50,782 nucleotides of DNA. Origin: Paracoccaceae bacterium (GTDB lineage Bacteria; Pseudomonadota; Alphaproteobacteria; Rhodobacterales; Rhodobacteraceae). Location of the stretch: NCBI GenBank assembly GCA_024304875.1, contig JAMWZF010000001.1, positions 1-50,782 of the forward strand. The letters run 5' to 3'. The notes beneath the pieces were generated by a model, which did not search any database, was not told the origin of the DNA, and saw only the letters and a program-made list of their open reading frames with translations. Within the stretch, counting starts at the first letter, position 1; each line of letters starts with the position of its first letter. A program made the position numbers and the translations under genes. This document shows, piece by piece, positions 19,544 through 29,365 of this stretch.

Positions 19544-21443
19544 GGGCAGGATTCTCCTGGATGGCGGCGCTTCGGGATGCCGCAAATTCTCTTAATGGTG
19601 TTTCGGTGAACAGCCGATGACCGATGTATGCTGCACCCGCCGGTGTGAGGTGAGACCCGTCGTGGGAAATCATCTCGCCCTCCGGCGTCAGAAGCGGACA
19701 CCCCTCCTCGCATAAGGTCCCGATCACATCGACAAAGATCTCGTCGGGCAATGTATCACTAAGCAATACGTTGGTTTTCCAGTCATTTTCAGAATACGGG
19801 CCGCGTGCAGCTTGTCCATTCCGGCTGACGATCTTTATCAACTCTCGACGGGATCGCTCGAACCTTTTTGATCCAATAACGAAAGTGCGCTGTCCGTCGG
19901 GAAAATCCATCGCAGCCAGAGTTTCCGGCAGGCGTGTGGCCGACCAATCTGCCCAACTTGAGGCGAAGATGACCACATCGGCGCGGCGGACCCGGTCAAC
20001 CTGCTCTTGTGACAAAACTCTTCCGCGACATATCTCCCGATCTTGTTCCGCGATGAACGGACTGATCGTTTCGTACAAAGAACCGAAATGTATCTGGCAA
20101 CGAACTGGGACATAATGGGTCGATATGTTGAAGCCCGAAAAAGCGCCGGTCTCCTCGACCATGTTGTAGAAGTCTTGGCTGAAACTGTCGCCGACGATCA
20201 TCAGGTTGGGCCTGTCCTCGCTGAAGGCCTTGCCCTGCAGTGCGTTGTAGGCAGTCCTCACATACTGTCCGTACTCGGGGTCGCCCATTGCGATGAGCGG
20301 TCTGTAGGGTTCCGGGTAGCGGCCCGGAAAACCCGCCGTCTGCACAAACAGAAATCCGAAGATGATCGCCACAACGTTTCCTGCCGCCGCCATGGAAAAG
20401 ACCGCGCCGCGCCCGAAACCGTCCTTGCGTCGGAACGGGCGTTCGACGAACCGCCACGACAGCCCGGCCAGCCCCAGCGACGCCCCTGCCAGCAGCAGCA
20501 TCAGCCAGAGTGGCGGCTCGGTCTCCGGGGCCGTCAGGCGGGCGAAGGCGAACAGCGGCTGGTGCCAGAGATAGGCCGAATAGCTTATCAGCCCGATCCC
20601 TACGGCCGGCTTCCAGGACAGCAGACGCCCCGCCAACGTGGCGGGTTGCGCGGCATAGAGTACGGCAGCCGTGCCGAGGACCGGCAGCAGGGCATGAAAG
20701 GAGGGAAAGGGCGTCTGGGGGCCATAGAGCAGCACCGACACGGCTATCGCCGCCAATCCGGCAAGCCCCAGCGCCTCGGCCAGGATCCCCGACGGCTGTG
20801 GCCGCCGCATCAGCCAGAGCGCCAGAAGAGCACCGATCCCCAGCTCCCACGCGCGCGTCGGCAACAGGAAGAAATTGGCGCTTGGAACGCGCGTCGATGC
20901 GTAGTCCGCCAGGAGGAGGGAACAGACTGTCAGCGTCGCCAGGACCATCCAGACCGCCCGAAGTTTCCACCGCCACAGCGCCATCAACACAAGTGGAAAG
21001 ATGATGTAGAACTGCTCCTCGACCGCGAGGCTCCAGGTATGCAGCAGCGGGTTCAGTTCCGACGCGGCTGCAAAATATCCCGATTGCTGCCAGAACAGGA
21101 TGTTGGACACGAAGAGCGCCACGGCCACGAGACCCTGCCCGAAGGCTTTCAACTCGTAGGGGAGCATGATCGCCAGGGCCGCCACCGACGAGGCGGCGAG
21201 CACCAGAAACAGGGCGGGCAGGATGCGGCGGGCCCGGCGCTCGTAAAACCGCACGATCGAGAAGTCGCCCGCCGCCAGTTCGCGCGCGATGATCCCGGTG
21301 ATCAGGAAACCTGAGATCACGAAGAACACATCGACCCCGACAAACCCGCCGGACAGGCCTTCGATCCCGGCGTGAAACAGGATCACGGGCAAGACCGCGA
21401 CAGCGCGCAGGCCGTCTATTTCGGGGCGATACTGCACCGTCAC
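19536..21443 (-). CDS. AT3 + SGNH-domain O-acyltransferase (OafA-like), paralogue of the junction-spanning gene
   Basis: Track ORF (802 aa) trimmed to the GTG at 21443, which overlaps the epimerase stop (GTGA). [52 protein letters not shown]-terminal [17 protein letters not shown] is the SGNH part. Confidence 0.85.
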
Positions 21444-22459
21444 TTCCCGTGATACTCCCGGAACCACGCCACGAAACGGGCGATGCCGTCCTTGAAATCC
21501 GTTTGCGGCCGGTAGCCGGTCAGTTCCTGCAGGAGCGTGGCGTCGGCCCAGGTGGCGGGGACGTCGCCCTTCTGCATTTCCATGTAATTGCGGATCGCAG
21601 TCTTGCCCAAGCTCTCTTCGATCGCGTCGATGAAGTCCAGCAGGCGCACCTTGTCGGAATTGCCGATGTTCACCACCCGGAACGGGGCCACCGGCGACAG
21701 GCTGTCCCATTCGGGGATCTCGTCGGCCGAGGCGGGGCGCTGCGGCACCGCGTCGATCAGCAGGCGGATGCCGCGCACCAGGTCGTCCACATAGGTGAAA
21801 TCGCGGTACATTTCGCCGTGGTTGTAGATGTCGATGGGCCGGTCGTCGAGGATCGCGTCGACGAACTTGTAGAGCGCCAGGTCCGGCCGCCCCCAGGTGC
21901 CGTAGACGGTGAAGAAGCGGAACATGGTCGTCGGCAGGTTCCACAGGTGGGCATAGGAATGGCCCATGCTCTCGGTCGCCTTCTTCGTCGCGGCGTAGAT
22001 CGTCAGCTGGGTGTCGGCCTTGTCCTGCTCGGAGAACGGCATGTCCTCGTTGGCGCCGTAGACCGAGGAGGTGGAGGCCATCAGCAGGTGCCGCACCTCC
22101 AGCCGCCGGGCCGCCTCCATCACGTTGAAGGTCCCGACGATGTTGGCGTCGATGTAGGCGCGGGGATTCTCGAGGCTGTAGCGCACCCCGGCCTGGGCGG
22201 CGAGATGGACGATGACGTCGGGCCGGAAGTCGTCGGCCACCCCATCGAAGGTCTCCCGGTCCTCGAGCATCCCCTCGGTCGCCGCGAAATTGGGGTTCTG
22301 CAGCAGGGTAGCGTGCCGCCGCCGTTTCAGCGCGACGTCGTAGTAGTCGGTCATCCCGTCATAGCCCCGGACGATGAACCCTTCCTCCAGCAGCAGCCGC
22401 GCGAGGTGGAAACCGATGAACCCGGCGGTGCCGGTGACGAGAACGCGGGGTTTGGTCAT
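21440..22459 (-). CDS. NAD-dependent nucleotide-sugar epimerase (UDP-glucuronate 4-epimerase-like, CapI/LpsL type)
   Basis: 339-aa ORF: VLVTGTAGFIGFHL, YAATK catalytic motif, RFFTVYGTWGRPD. Confidence 0.9.
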   Translation of the reverse strand: MTKPRVLVTGTAGFIGFHLARLLLEEGFIVRGYDGMTDYYDVALKRRRHATLLQNPNFAATEGMLEDRETFDGVADDFRPDVIVHLAAQAGVRYSLENPRAYIDANIVGTFNVMEAARRLEVRHLLMASTSSVYGANEDMPFSEQDKADTQLTIYAATKKATESMGHSYAHLWNLPTTMFRFFTVYGTWGRPDLALYKFVDAILDDRPIDIYNHGEMYRDFTYVDDLVRGIRLLIDAVPQRPASADEIPEWDSLSPVAPFRVVNIGNSDKVRLLDFIDAIEESLGKTAIRNYMEMQKGDVPATWADATLLQELTGYRPQTDFKDGIARFVAWFREYHGK

Positions 22460-22489
22460 GGTGCTGGGTCCAGGATATCGAGAGGTCTG

Positions 22490-23617
22490 TCAGGCAATCC
22501 TGCCACGGGCAGGCTGCAGGGTTTCGAGAACGGACCGGTAGGCCTCCACCACGATCGTCTGATCGTACTCCCGCTCCATCTTCGTGCGGGCGGCTTGCCC
22601 CATTTCGGCGCGCGCGTCGAGGTCGAGATCGAGAAACCTCTCGCAGGCCGCGGCCAGACTGTCACTGCTGCGGGCGGCGCAGAGGAACCCCGAGACCTCG
22701 GGATCGACTACGGCCCGGCAGCCGGGCACGTCCGTCGCGATCAGGGGACGGCCGAGGGCGGCGGCCTCGATCAGCGTGCGGGGCGCCCCCTCGCGGTAGG
22801 AGGGCAGCACCACGCAATGGGCCTCCGCGATGGCCGCCCGGACGTCGTCCACGACGCCGAGATACTCGATCGCCCCCTCCTCCACCCAGCCTTGAACCGT
22901 GCCGGCGTCGATCGCGGAGCGGTTCTGCGAGGCCACAGCCCCCAGGAGCTGGAACCGGGCCCCGGGATGGCGGGCTTTCACCCGGCGGGCGGCCTCGACG
23001 TATTCCACGATCCCCTTGTCCCGCAGAAGACGGGCGATCAGCAGGAACACCGTCTCTTCGGTCCCCGCCGGGTAGGGCACGGCGGCAAAGCGCTCCAGGT
23101 CGATCCCCGAGCCGGGCAGGAGCCGGGCCTGCGGCGCGCTCACCAGGCCCCGGCTCAGGAACAGGTCCCTGTCGTCGCCGTTCTGGAAGAAGACGGCCGG
23201 CAGCCCGCGGAACGCCCGGCGGTAGAGCGCCGTCGCCACCCGCTCCAGCACGGACCCAGACAGGAAGGCCGTCCCCAGGCCGGTGACATTGGGCACGAAG
23301 GGAATCCCCAACCGCTTGGCCGCGAGGGCCCCGAAGAGGTTGTTCTTGATCGTGAAGCTCAGGACGACATCGGGGCGGATCTCGCGGAACAGGCGGCGGA
23401 ACCGCCACAGCAGCCGCGCGTCGGCCAGGGGGTCGAGGCCCTTGACGTCCATCTCGAGGTGCCGGGTCCGGCAGCCCTCCGCCTCGAGCCTGGGCGTCGC
23501 ATCGTCCTTCGGCGCGAGCACGACGACCTCGTGCCCCTCGGCCAGCAGCGCCCGGACCAGCGGCAGGCGGAAATTCCAGATGTTCCAGGCCGCGTTCACG
23601 GTCATCACGATCCTCAT
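22490..23617 (-). CDS. Glycosyltransferase, GT-B fold (GT4-like)
   Basis: 375-aa ORF: MRIVMTVNAAWNIWNFRLPLVRAL..PSYREGAPRTLIEAAALGRPLIATDVPG. Confidence 0.85.
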   Translation of the reverse strand: MRIVMTVNAAWNIWNFRLPLVRALLAEGHEVVVLAPKDDATPRLEAEGCRTRHLEMDVKGLDPLADARLLWRFRRLFREIRPDVVLSFTIKNNLFGALAAKRLGIPFVPNVTGLGTAFLSGSVLERVATALYRRAFRGLPAVFFQNGDDRDLFLSRGLVSAPQARLLPGSGIDLERFAAVPYPAGTEETVFLLIARLLRDKGIVEYVEAARRVKARHPGARFQLLGAVASQNRSAIDAGTVQGWVEEGAIEYLGVVDDVRAAIAEAHCVVLPSYREGAPRTLIEAAALGRPLIATDVPGCRAVVDPEVSGFLCAARSSDSLAAACERFLDLDLDARAEMGQAARTKMEREYDQTIVVEAYRSVLETLQPARGRIA

Positions 23618-23633
23618 GGCCGCCCCTGCCCCT

Positions 23634-24416
23634 TCATCGGCCCGTGACCCGATAGGCGATCCGGCCGACCCATTCGCGCAAGGCGATGTTGATCAGCCCG
23701 AGGTTTCGCTGGAAATTCCATCCCAGGCCGTCGGACCAGGCGCGGGTGCGGAAATCCACCGGATAGGGAACGATCCCCTCCCACCCCGCGGCGGCGAAAC
23801 TGTCCACGGCCCGGGGCATGTGGAAGGCGCTAGTGACCAGGACCCATCGCTCGCCCGCGCCCGGTGCCGCGAGCGCGTGGGCAAGCCGGGCATTCTCGGC
23901 CGTGTTGCGCGAGCGGCTCTCGAACATGAGCCGGTCCGGCGCGATCCCCTGCGCCTCGAAGATCTGCCGTGCGATCGCGGCCTCGCTCACCGGCGCGCCG
24001 CCCGCGTCCCGAAGCCGGCCGCTGCCGCCGGCGAAGAGCACTCTCGCCTCCGGATGGCGCCGGGCCAGCAGCAGGGCCGCCAGGTAGCGGTCCCCGCCCT
24101 CGCCCAGCTGCGGCTGACCCGCCCGGCGGCTGGCCGCCACGTCCTCCCCGCCTCCCAGGACAATGATGCCGTCGACGTCCTGCAGCTCCGGCGCCGGGGG
24201 ATGGACGGTCTCGATCGGGCGCAGAAGGACATCGCCGAGAGGCAGGACCCCGATCCCGAGAAGGGCAAGGGCGAGAAGGGCCGCGGCGCCGCGCTGCAGC
24301 CGGATCCGGTGACGCAGGCCGGCCCAGAGCGCGGCCAGGGCCAGGATCAGCAGCCATGCTTCCACCGTGAGCGCCGCACCGACGAGCTTCGAGACAACGA
24401 AAAAAAGGGTGTCCAC
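23634..24416 (-). CDS. DUF218 (YdcF/ElyC family) membrane-anchored protein. First gene of the long minus-strand operon
   Basis: 260-aa ORF: N-terminal TM helices, IIVLGGG, SRNTAENA, VLVTSAFHMPRA. GTG start. Confidence 0.8.
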   Translation of the reverse strand: MDTLFFVVSKLVGAALTVEAWLLILALAALWAGLRHRIRLQRGAAALLALALLGIGVLPLGDVLLRPIETVHPPAPELQDVDGIIVLGGGEDVAASRRAGQPQLGEGGDRYLAALLLARRHPEARVLFAGGSGRLRDAGGAPVSEAAIARQIFEAQGIAPDRLMFESRSRNTAENARLAHALAAPGAGERWVLVTSAFHMPRAVDSFAAAGWEGIVPYPVDFRTRAWSDGLGWNFQRNLGLINIALREWVGRIAYRVTGR

Positions 24417-24695
24417 GTCACCGACGCCGCGCTGATCCGTCAGGACCGGGGGTCTGCCGGTCTCCTAGCATGGCTCGCGCACGGCCATTGGATGCGCTCC
24501 AGGCCGGCCTGCCATTCGAAGACCCATATTGCGCCTCAAAATGCAACACCGGGCCCTTTAAGCACGCCCCATGGCTCTCGAACAAGACACCTCCCCCGCA
24601 GCGGCGGCAGCAGACCCCCGGAAACCGGCCGTGTTGCCGGGCAACCTCACCCTGGGCCGGCGCCGGGTGCGCGATCGTGAACGGCGGCGCGGATC

Positions 24696-25226
24696 ATGAA
24701 GCATTGTTCCCGCATCGTGCCCGGGGACTGGCACCTCGTCCTGTGCAAGCCGAACCAGAATCACGTCGCCTTCCGGAACCTCCGGGCGCTGGGGGTCGAT
24801 CTGTTCATGCCGCGCCACAGAGCCAGCCACCGCTGGCGAGGGCGCCTGCGCGAGGAGATCCGCCCGGTCTTTGCCGGTTACATCTTCATCGCGACCGACC
24901 CCGAGCGGCCCCGGTGGGACAGGATCGGCGCCACCCCCGGCGTCTCGCGCCTCATCCGCTTCGGCACCGACCGGCCGGCTCGCGTGCCGGCGGAAATCGT
25001 GGCGGGGCTGATGGCGCGCTGCGATGCGGAGGGGCTGCTTCGGCCGATGAGCGACGACCTGTCGGTCGGGGACAGGGTCCGGGTGCTCGGCGGGCCGTTT
25101 CACGACTTCCTCACCTGTGTCGAGCAGATCGACCCGGACCGCAGGCTGCACGTTCTCCTGGACCTTCTGGGGCAACGGACCCGCGTCCGGCTCGACCCTT
25201 CGGCGGTGGTGAAAACGGCCGAATGA
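24696..25226 (+). CDS. NusG-family paralogue (RfaH-like operon-specific antiterminator), NGN + KOW
   Basis: 176-aa ORF: WHLVLCKPNQ..PVFAGYIFI (NGN) and GDRVRVLGGPFHDFLTCVEQI (KOW). Confidence 0.8.
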   Translation: MKHCSRIVPGDWHLVLCKPNQNHVAFRNLRALGVDLFMPRHRASHRWRGRLREEIRPVFAGYIFIATDPERPRWDRIGATPGVSRLIRFGTDRPARVPAEIVAGLMARCDAEGLLRPMSDDLSVGDRVRVLGGPFHDFLTCVEQIDPDRRLHVLLDLLGQRTRVRLDPSAVVKTAE

Positions 25227-25359
25227 ACAGTAACGCGCCGGGTGCCTTTCGCGGGCGCTGCTGTTCTACCCGATCGGGCTGGTCGCCCGGCCATCTTGAA
25301 CGTGATCCGTGTCTCGGCGCTACTAATCATCGGGTTCGAGCGGAACCCCAATCTGGCCC

Positions 25360-25395
25360 GCGAAACCGGGCCCGGGGTTTCGCATGCGAAACCCC
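25360..25395. repeat. Palindromic candidate parS: 22-bp perfect palindrome GGGGTTTCGCATGCGAAACCCC (25374..25395) plus an extra GCGAAACC half-site at 25360..25367
   Basis: Read directly. It is self-complementary and lies 17 bp beyond the parB stop. The core recurs at 29315..29332. Confidence 0.6.
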
Positions 25396-25411
25396 TGACC
25401 GCCGACAGAGA

Positions 25412-26437
25412 CTAATCCGCCGGTTCCGACCCTGTTTCCGCCGAAATCCAGGCCTGGAGCGCCGCCACGAGCTCGGCCGTGACACCCGGTCCCGACAGCC
25501 GCACATCGTCCGTGCCCCGGGGGCTCGTGACCCGGATGCCCGGCGCAACTTCCCGGTCGATGGCGGGCGGCGTATCGGCTCTATCCTTGCCCGATTGTCC
25601 GCCTGCATCCGTCAACGACGCCTCCAGAAGACGCCGTTCCTCCGCCGCCGTCGTGGCGGGGCGGCTTGCCAGGCGGTTCGACAGGGCCGGGCCGAAGGCA
25701 GGCTCCTCACGGATCGCCTTGACCAGTCTCAGGCCCAGATGTTCGGGGATCTCGGCCGGGAAGCGCGGGTGGCCGCGAAGAGCCTCCACCAGGGTCACGA
25801 AGGACCTGATCTTGGACCGTTTCGCCTTGGGCACGGCGGCAAAGAGAGCCTTCAGTGCCGCCTCGGTATCGGGATAGATGCCCGCCTCGGCCGCCGAGAG
25901 CGCCAGATGGGCCTTTTCGTAGAAGCTGAGCCCGGCGCGGATCTCGTTCTCCTCGACCATCGCCAGATAGGCCTCGGCGGCGCCTTCGGGCTGGCGCACC
26001 AGAGCCTTGACCTGGCCGAAGCGGTCCGGGTCCTCGGCGGCGAGGGCCTGGAGCACCCGCAGGCGGCGCAGACCCGAAATCAGCCCGTACTGGCGCCGGT
26101 GGTCCCGGGCGCCGCGGTCCACCACCTCGATCGGGGTCTGCTGGCCGCGGGCACGGATGCTGTCCGTCAGCGCCGCCAGATCCTCGGGATCGAGCGTCAT
26201 CCGGTCCCGGATCAGGTAGCCCGCGTCGATGGCCTCGAGCGGCAGGGACAGGACCAGGCGTCCTTCGGACCGGGCGGCGGCCAGTTCCCCGGCGACGGCA
26301 TCGAAGGATGCGGCCCGGGCGGAATCGCTCACCACCTCCGCGATGGGCGCGCGTGCCAGGACCGAAGGCGCGGTCTTGGGCTGGATCAGGGTCGCTTTCT
26401 CGGGGTCCACGGGGCTCAGCCTTCTGCGTTTGGCCAT
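25412..26437 (-). CDS. parB: ParB-family partition protein
   Basis: 341-aa ORF: ParB N-domain motifs RARGQQTPIEV and YGLISGLRRLRVL. Sits directly downstream of parA. Confidence 0.85.
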   Translation of the reverse strand: MAKRRRLSPVDPEKATLIQPKTAPSVLARAPIAEVVSDSARAASFDAVAGELAAARSEGRLVLSLPLEAIDAGYLIRDRMTLDPEDLAALTDSIRARGQQTPIEVVDRGARDHRRQYGLISGLRRLRVLQALAAEDPDRFGQVKALVRQPEGAAEAYLAMVEENEIRAGLSFYEKAHLALSAAEAGIYPDTEAALKALFAAVPKAKRSKIRSFVTLVEALRGHPRFPAEIPEHLGLRLVKAIREEPAFGPALSNRLASRPATTAAEERRLLEASLTDAGGQSGKDRADTPPAIDREVAPGIRVTSPRGTDDVRLSGPGVTAELVAALQAWISAETGSEPAD

Positions 26438-26493
26438 CTGCTCTCCTGTCTGCCCGGGCGGGGCTTAATCCGGCTCTAATCCTGCGTGCGGTG

Positions 26494-27888
26494 CTATTCG
26501 GCGGCCATGGTGGCCGCGGCCTTCTCGTCCCGCCGCCAGACCCCGTAGAGGAGCCGTTTGAAGGCGGCGTAGGTCTCGTCGAAGGTGGCGCGGCCCCGGG
26601 CGTAGGTCTCGCGGTTGAAATCGCGGTAGTCGGCCTCGTAGATGCCATGGACCTGTTCCCCCGCCTGGCCGATCAGGGCGGTGAAATCCTGCCGGAACGG
26701 GGTCAGGGTGCGGCCCATGTAGGCCTGCATCAGACCCGCCATCTCGGCCTGCTGGGCGCTGTCGAACCGGGTGACTACCGCCCGCACCGCATCCCATTCG
26801 AAGGCCATCTCCTCGCGCCCCAGCGCCCGGGCGGCGAGGTTCTCGGCCTCCTCGATCGAGGAGAAGGTGGCATGCAGCATGTCGAAGAAGCGGCCGGTCG
26901 AGTCGAACTCGAGGAACGAGGCCCCGACAGGGACCAGCAGGATGTCCGCCGCGGCCAGGCCGTTGATCGTCAGGTAGCCGAGGGCTGGCGGGGTATCGAG
27001 GAAGATCAGGTCGTAGCTGCCGAGGACCGAGCGCCCCTCCCCCATGCCCTGCCCCGCCAGCGCGTCACCGAGCGCGTCCCAGAGCTTCCAGCCCCGCGCG
27101 GCCATCCGCCAGACCGGGATCTGGAACTCGGACCAGTAGAGGTTCAGCTGCGCGCCGATCAGGTCGATGTTGGGCCAATGGGTCTTCTGGATGACGTTGG
27201 ACGGCCCCAGCCGCATCGCGTCGCTCAGGGCTTCGTCGAGCGGCAGCGGCGCCTCGCCCCGGTCGAGACGGCGGCGGTTCTCGGACTGAAGGTATTCGCC
27301 GTAGTGCCGGGCCAGGAGCGGATAGACCGTCTGCCATTCGTCGGCGACCCGGCCACCGAAGATCGAGGTCATGGACCCCTGGCTGTCGAGGTCCACCACC
27401 AGCACCTTGTAGCCGTCGAGGGCGGCGCTCATCGCCAGATGGGCGCAGGTCGAGGTCTTGCCCACCCCTCCCTTGAAGTTCGCCACCGCGACCACCTTGG
27501 CGGGCAGGCCCTTGGGGCGATAGGGCAGGTAGTCCTTGGCCTTGGACCCCTCGGCCGCGAAATGGGCCCGCAGGCGCAGCACCTCGTCGAGGGTGAACCA
27601 CTTGGCGCCGCCCTCGGTCTCGCTCACGCCCTGGGGCAGGTCGGGGTGCTGGCGCAGGACCCGGCGGAAATGGGCCGGGGCGACGGGGATCAGGTACTTG
27701 GTGATCTCCCAGGTTGAGAACAGCCGAAGCCGCTTTTCCCCGGTGTCGTCGAGCCCCCGTCCGGCGAGATCCGTCCGCCCCTTTTCGCAGGCCGCCGCGA
27801 TCGCCGCCAGCGCCTCGGTGGTTGTTGGCGGATCGATTCCCTGCAGCGCCTGGTCCGGCGAGAGGTTGAAGTAGGGAGGTGTGCCCAT
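26494..27888 (-). CDS. parA: ParA-family partition ATPase with N-terminal extension (type Ia)
   Basis: 464 aa from ATG 27888 (MGTPPYF), GAGGGG-like SD about 9 nt upstream. Deviant Walker A NFKGGVGKTS, then VLVVDLDSQGS. Confidence 0.9.
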   Translation of the reverse strand: MGTPPYFNLSPDQALQGIDPPTTTEALAAIAAACEKGRTDLAGRGLDDTGEKRLRLFSTWEITKYLIPVAPAHFRRVLRQHPDLPQGVSETEGGAKWFTLDEVLRLRAHFAAEGSKAKDYLPYRPKGLPAKVVAVANFKGGVGKTSTCAHLAMSAALDGYKVLVVDLDSQGSMTSIFGGRVADEWQTVYPLLARHYGEYLQSENRRRLDRGEAPLPLDEALSDAMRLGPSNVIQKTHWPNIDLIGAQLNLYWSEFQIPVWRMAARGWKLWDALGDALAGQGMGEGRSVLGSYDLIFLDTPPALGYLTINGLAAADILLVPVGASFLEFDSTGRFFDMLHATFSSIEEAENLAARALGREEMAFEWDAVRAVVTRFDSAQQAEMAGLMQAYMGRTLTPFRQDFTALIGQAGEQVHGIYEADYRDFNRETYARGRATFDETYAAFKRLLYGVWRRDEKAAATMAAE

Positions 27889-28018
27889 GCTGCTCGGCCC
27901 CTCTGATGTATCGTGTTTTGACCAGACTACCGCGAAACGTGGCACATGCAAGGAAAAACGGCTCTTTCTGTGCCCTTTCTAAGCAAAATCAAATGGTTGT
28001 TCTGGGCGCCTTGGTTTG

Positions 28019-28080
28019 CTTGTTTAGGCGCAATCCCCATGCCGGCCTGTTAAATTGTGTTATTTGTTTAGTTAAGGCGC
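28019..28080. other. AT-rich stretch with repeated TTGTTTAG (28020, 28064); candidate DNA-unwinding element of oriV
   Basis: cttgtttaggcgc..ctgttaaattgtgttatttgtttagttaaggcgc is the most AT-rich stretch between parA and repA. Confidence 0.45.
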
Positions 28081-28137
28081 TGGACAGTGTTCCCTAACTG
28101 CCTTGCGGCAAATGCTTTTTTCAAGAGCTTTCTGATC

Positions 28138-28194
28138 GGAGCGACTCCGATCCCCCGAAGGAGCGACTCCGAACCACCGCCGCGGTGACTCCGC
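28138..28194 (+). repeat. Iteron-like direct repeats: GGAGCGACTCCGA at 28138 and 28160, degenerate GGTGACTCCGC at 28184
   Basis: Two perfect 13-mers 22 bp apart and a third related copy 24 bp further on, about 100 bp upstream of repA. Confidence 0.6.
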
Positions 28195-28218
28195 TCCCAC
28201 GATCCGCACTGGACCGAC

Positions 28219-28227
28219 TTATCCACA
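28219..28227 (+). promoter_or_regulatory. DnaA box (perfect TTATCCACA)
   Basis: Exact consensus 9-mer between the iterons and the repA start. Confidence 0.6.
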
Positions 28228-28296
28228 GGCCGTACCCTAGGTGTCACTGAAACCACGAATCCCCCGGCAGAGGGGACGGGCGAGGCAGGCAGTGAC

Positions 28297-29295
28297 ATGA
28301 TCGAGACGGCAGGGCCGGGCATGGCCAGGGGGCAGGGCGACTTCTTCGTCTGCGACATCCTCGCCGCGATGCCCAAGCACGATCTGGCCTCGATGGAACA
28401 TCCGCTGTTCTCTCTCTCGACCCGGCCGGACCGGCGCATCCTCGACTACACCCACAACGACACCCGCATCGTCATCACTCCCTCGGTCAAGGGGCGGGCC
28501 ACGATCTTCGACGCCGACATCCTGATCTTCTGCATCAGCCAGCTGGTCGCGGCGCTGAATGCGGGGCGCGAGGTGGCGCGCACGCTGACGCTCACGGCCC
28601 ACGACCTGATGCTGGCCACGGGGCGGGACACCTCGGGCGACGGCTACAAGCGGCTGCGCGATGCCTTCGAGCGGCTGGCGGGCACCCGCATCACCACCAA
28701 CATCGTGACGGGCGAGACCGAGGTGACCTCGGGCTTCGGCCTGATCGAGAGCTGGGAGATCGTGCGCCGCACGCGGGCAGGGCGCATGGTCTCGGTCAGC
28801 GTGACGCTCTCGGACTGGATCTACCGGGCGGTGCTGGCGCGGTCGGTCCTGACGCTGAGCCGCGACTACTTCGGCCTGCGCAAGCCCCTCGAGCGGCGAC
28901 TCTATGAACTGGCGCGCAAGCATTGCGGACGGCAGGCCGTCTGGCCGGTCTCGCTGGAGGTGCTGCTGAAGAAGACCGGCTCGGCCTCGCCCCGCCGGGT
29001 GTTCCGCGCCATGCTGCGCGAGATCGCCGCCCGCGATCCCCTGCCTGACTACACGCTGAGCGAACAGGCGGACGACCTGTGGCGGATCCGGCCCCGGCGG
29101 CTGGCCGAGGAGGCGGCTGGCGCAGGTCCGGTGCTGAAGCCCGCCACCCTGGACCAGGCCCGCGCGTTGGCCCCTGGCTGGGATCCTTACGGGCTCGAGG
29201 CGGAGTGGCGCGAGATGTGGCACCGTTCGGGTCGCCCGCCCCTGCGCAGCCCCGACCGCGCGTTCCTGGGCTGGCTGGCCAAGCGGAAGGGGTAG
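28297..29295 (+). CDS. repA: Replication initiator protein A (RPA/RepA family)
   Basis: 332-aa ORF. DFFVCDILAAMPKHDLASMEHPLFSLS is the hallmark N-terminus of the replication initiator protein A family. Alternative start at MARGQGD. Confidence 0.85.
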   Translation: MIETAGPGMARGQGDFFVCDILAAMPKHDLASMEHPLFSLSTRPDRRILDYTHNDTRIVITPSVKGRATIFDADILIFCISQLVAALNAGREVARTLTLTAHDLMLATGRDTSGDGYKRLRDAFERLAGTRITTNIVTGETEVTSGFGLIESWEIVRRTRAGRMVSVSVTLSDWIYRAVLARSVLTLSRDYFGLRKPLERRLYELARKHCGRQAVWPVSLEVLLKKTGSASPRRVFRAMLREIAARDPLPDYTLSEQADDLWRIRPRRLAEEAAGAGPVLKPATLDQARALAPGWDPYGLEAEWREMWHRSGRPPLRSPDRAFLGWLAKRKG

Positions 29296-29314
29296 GGCGC
29301 GCCCGGGGCCGGAA

Positions 29315-29332
29315 GGTTTCGCATGCGAAACC
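29315..29332. repeat. Second copy of the palindrome core GGTTTCGCATGCGAAACC (candidate parS)
   Basis: 18-bp perfect palindrome 20 bp after the repA stop, identical to the core at 25376..25393. Confidence 0.55.
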
Positions 29333-29365
29333 CTGGGCGCACCGGGTCGGGGCAGGGGGGCTGGG

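Noticed and set aside
24417-24695. Search for an ops/JUMPStart-like element (GGCGGTAG) in the leader of the long operon
   Set aside because: It is not present on either strand of the leader. The only ggcggtag strings I noticed lie inside coding sequence (for example near 9930) and are irrelevant.
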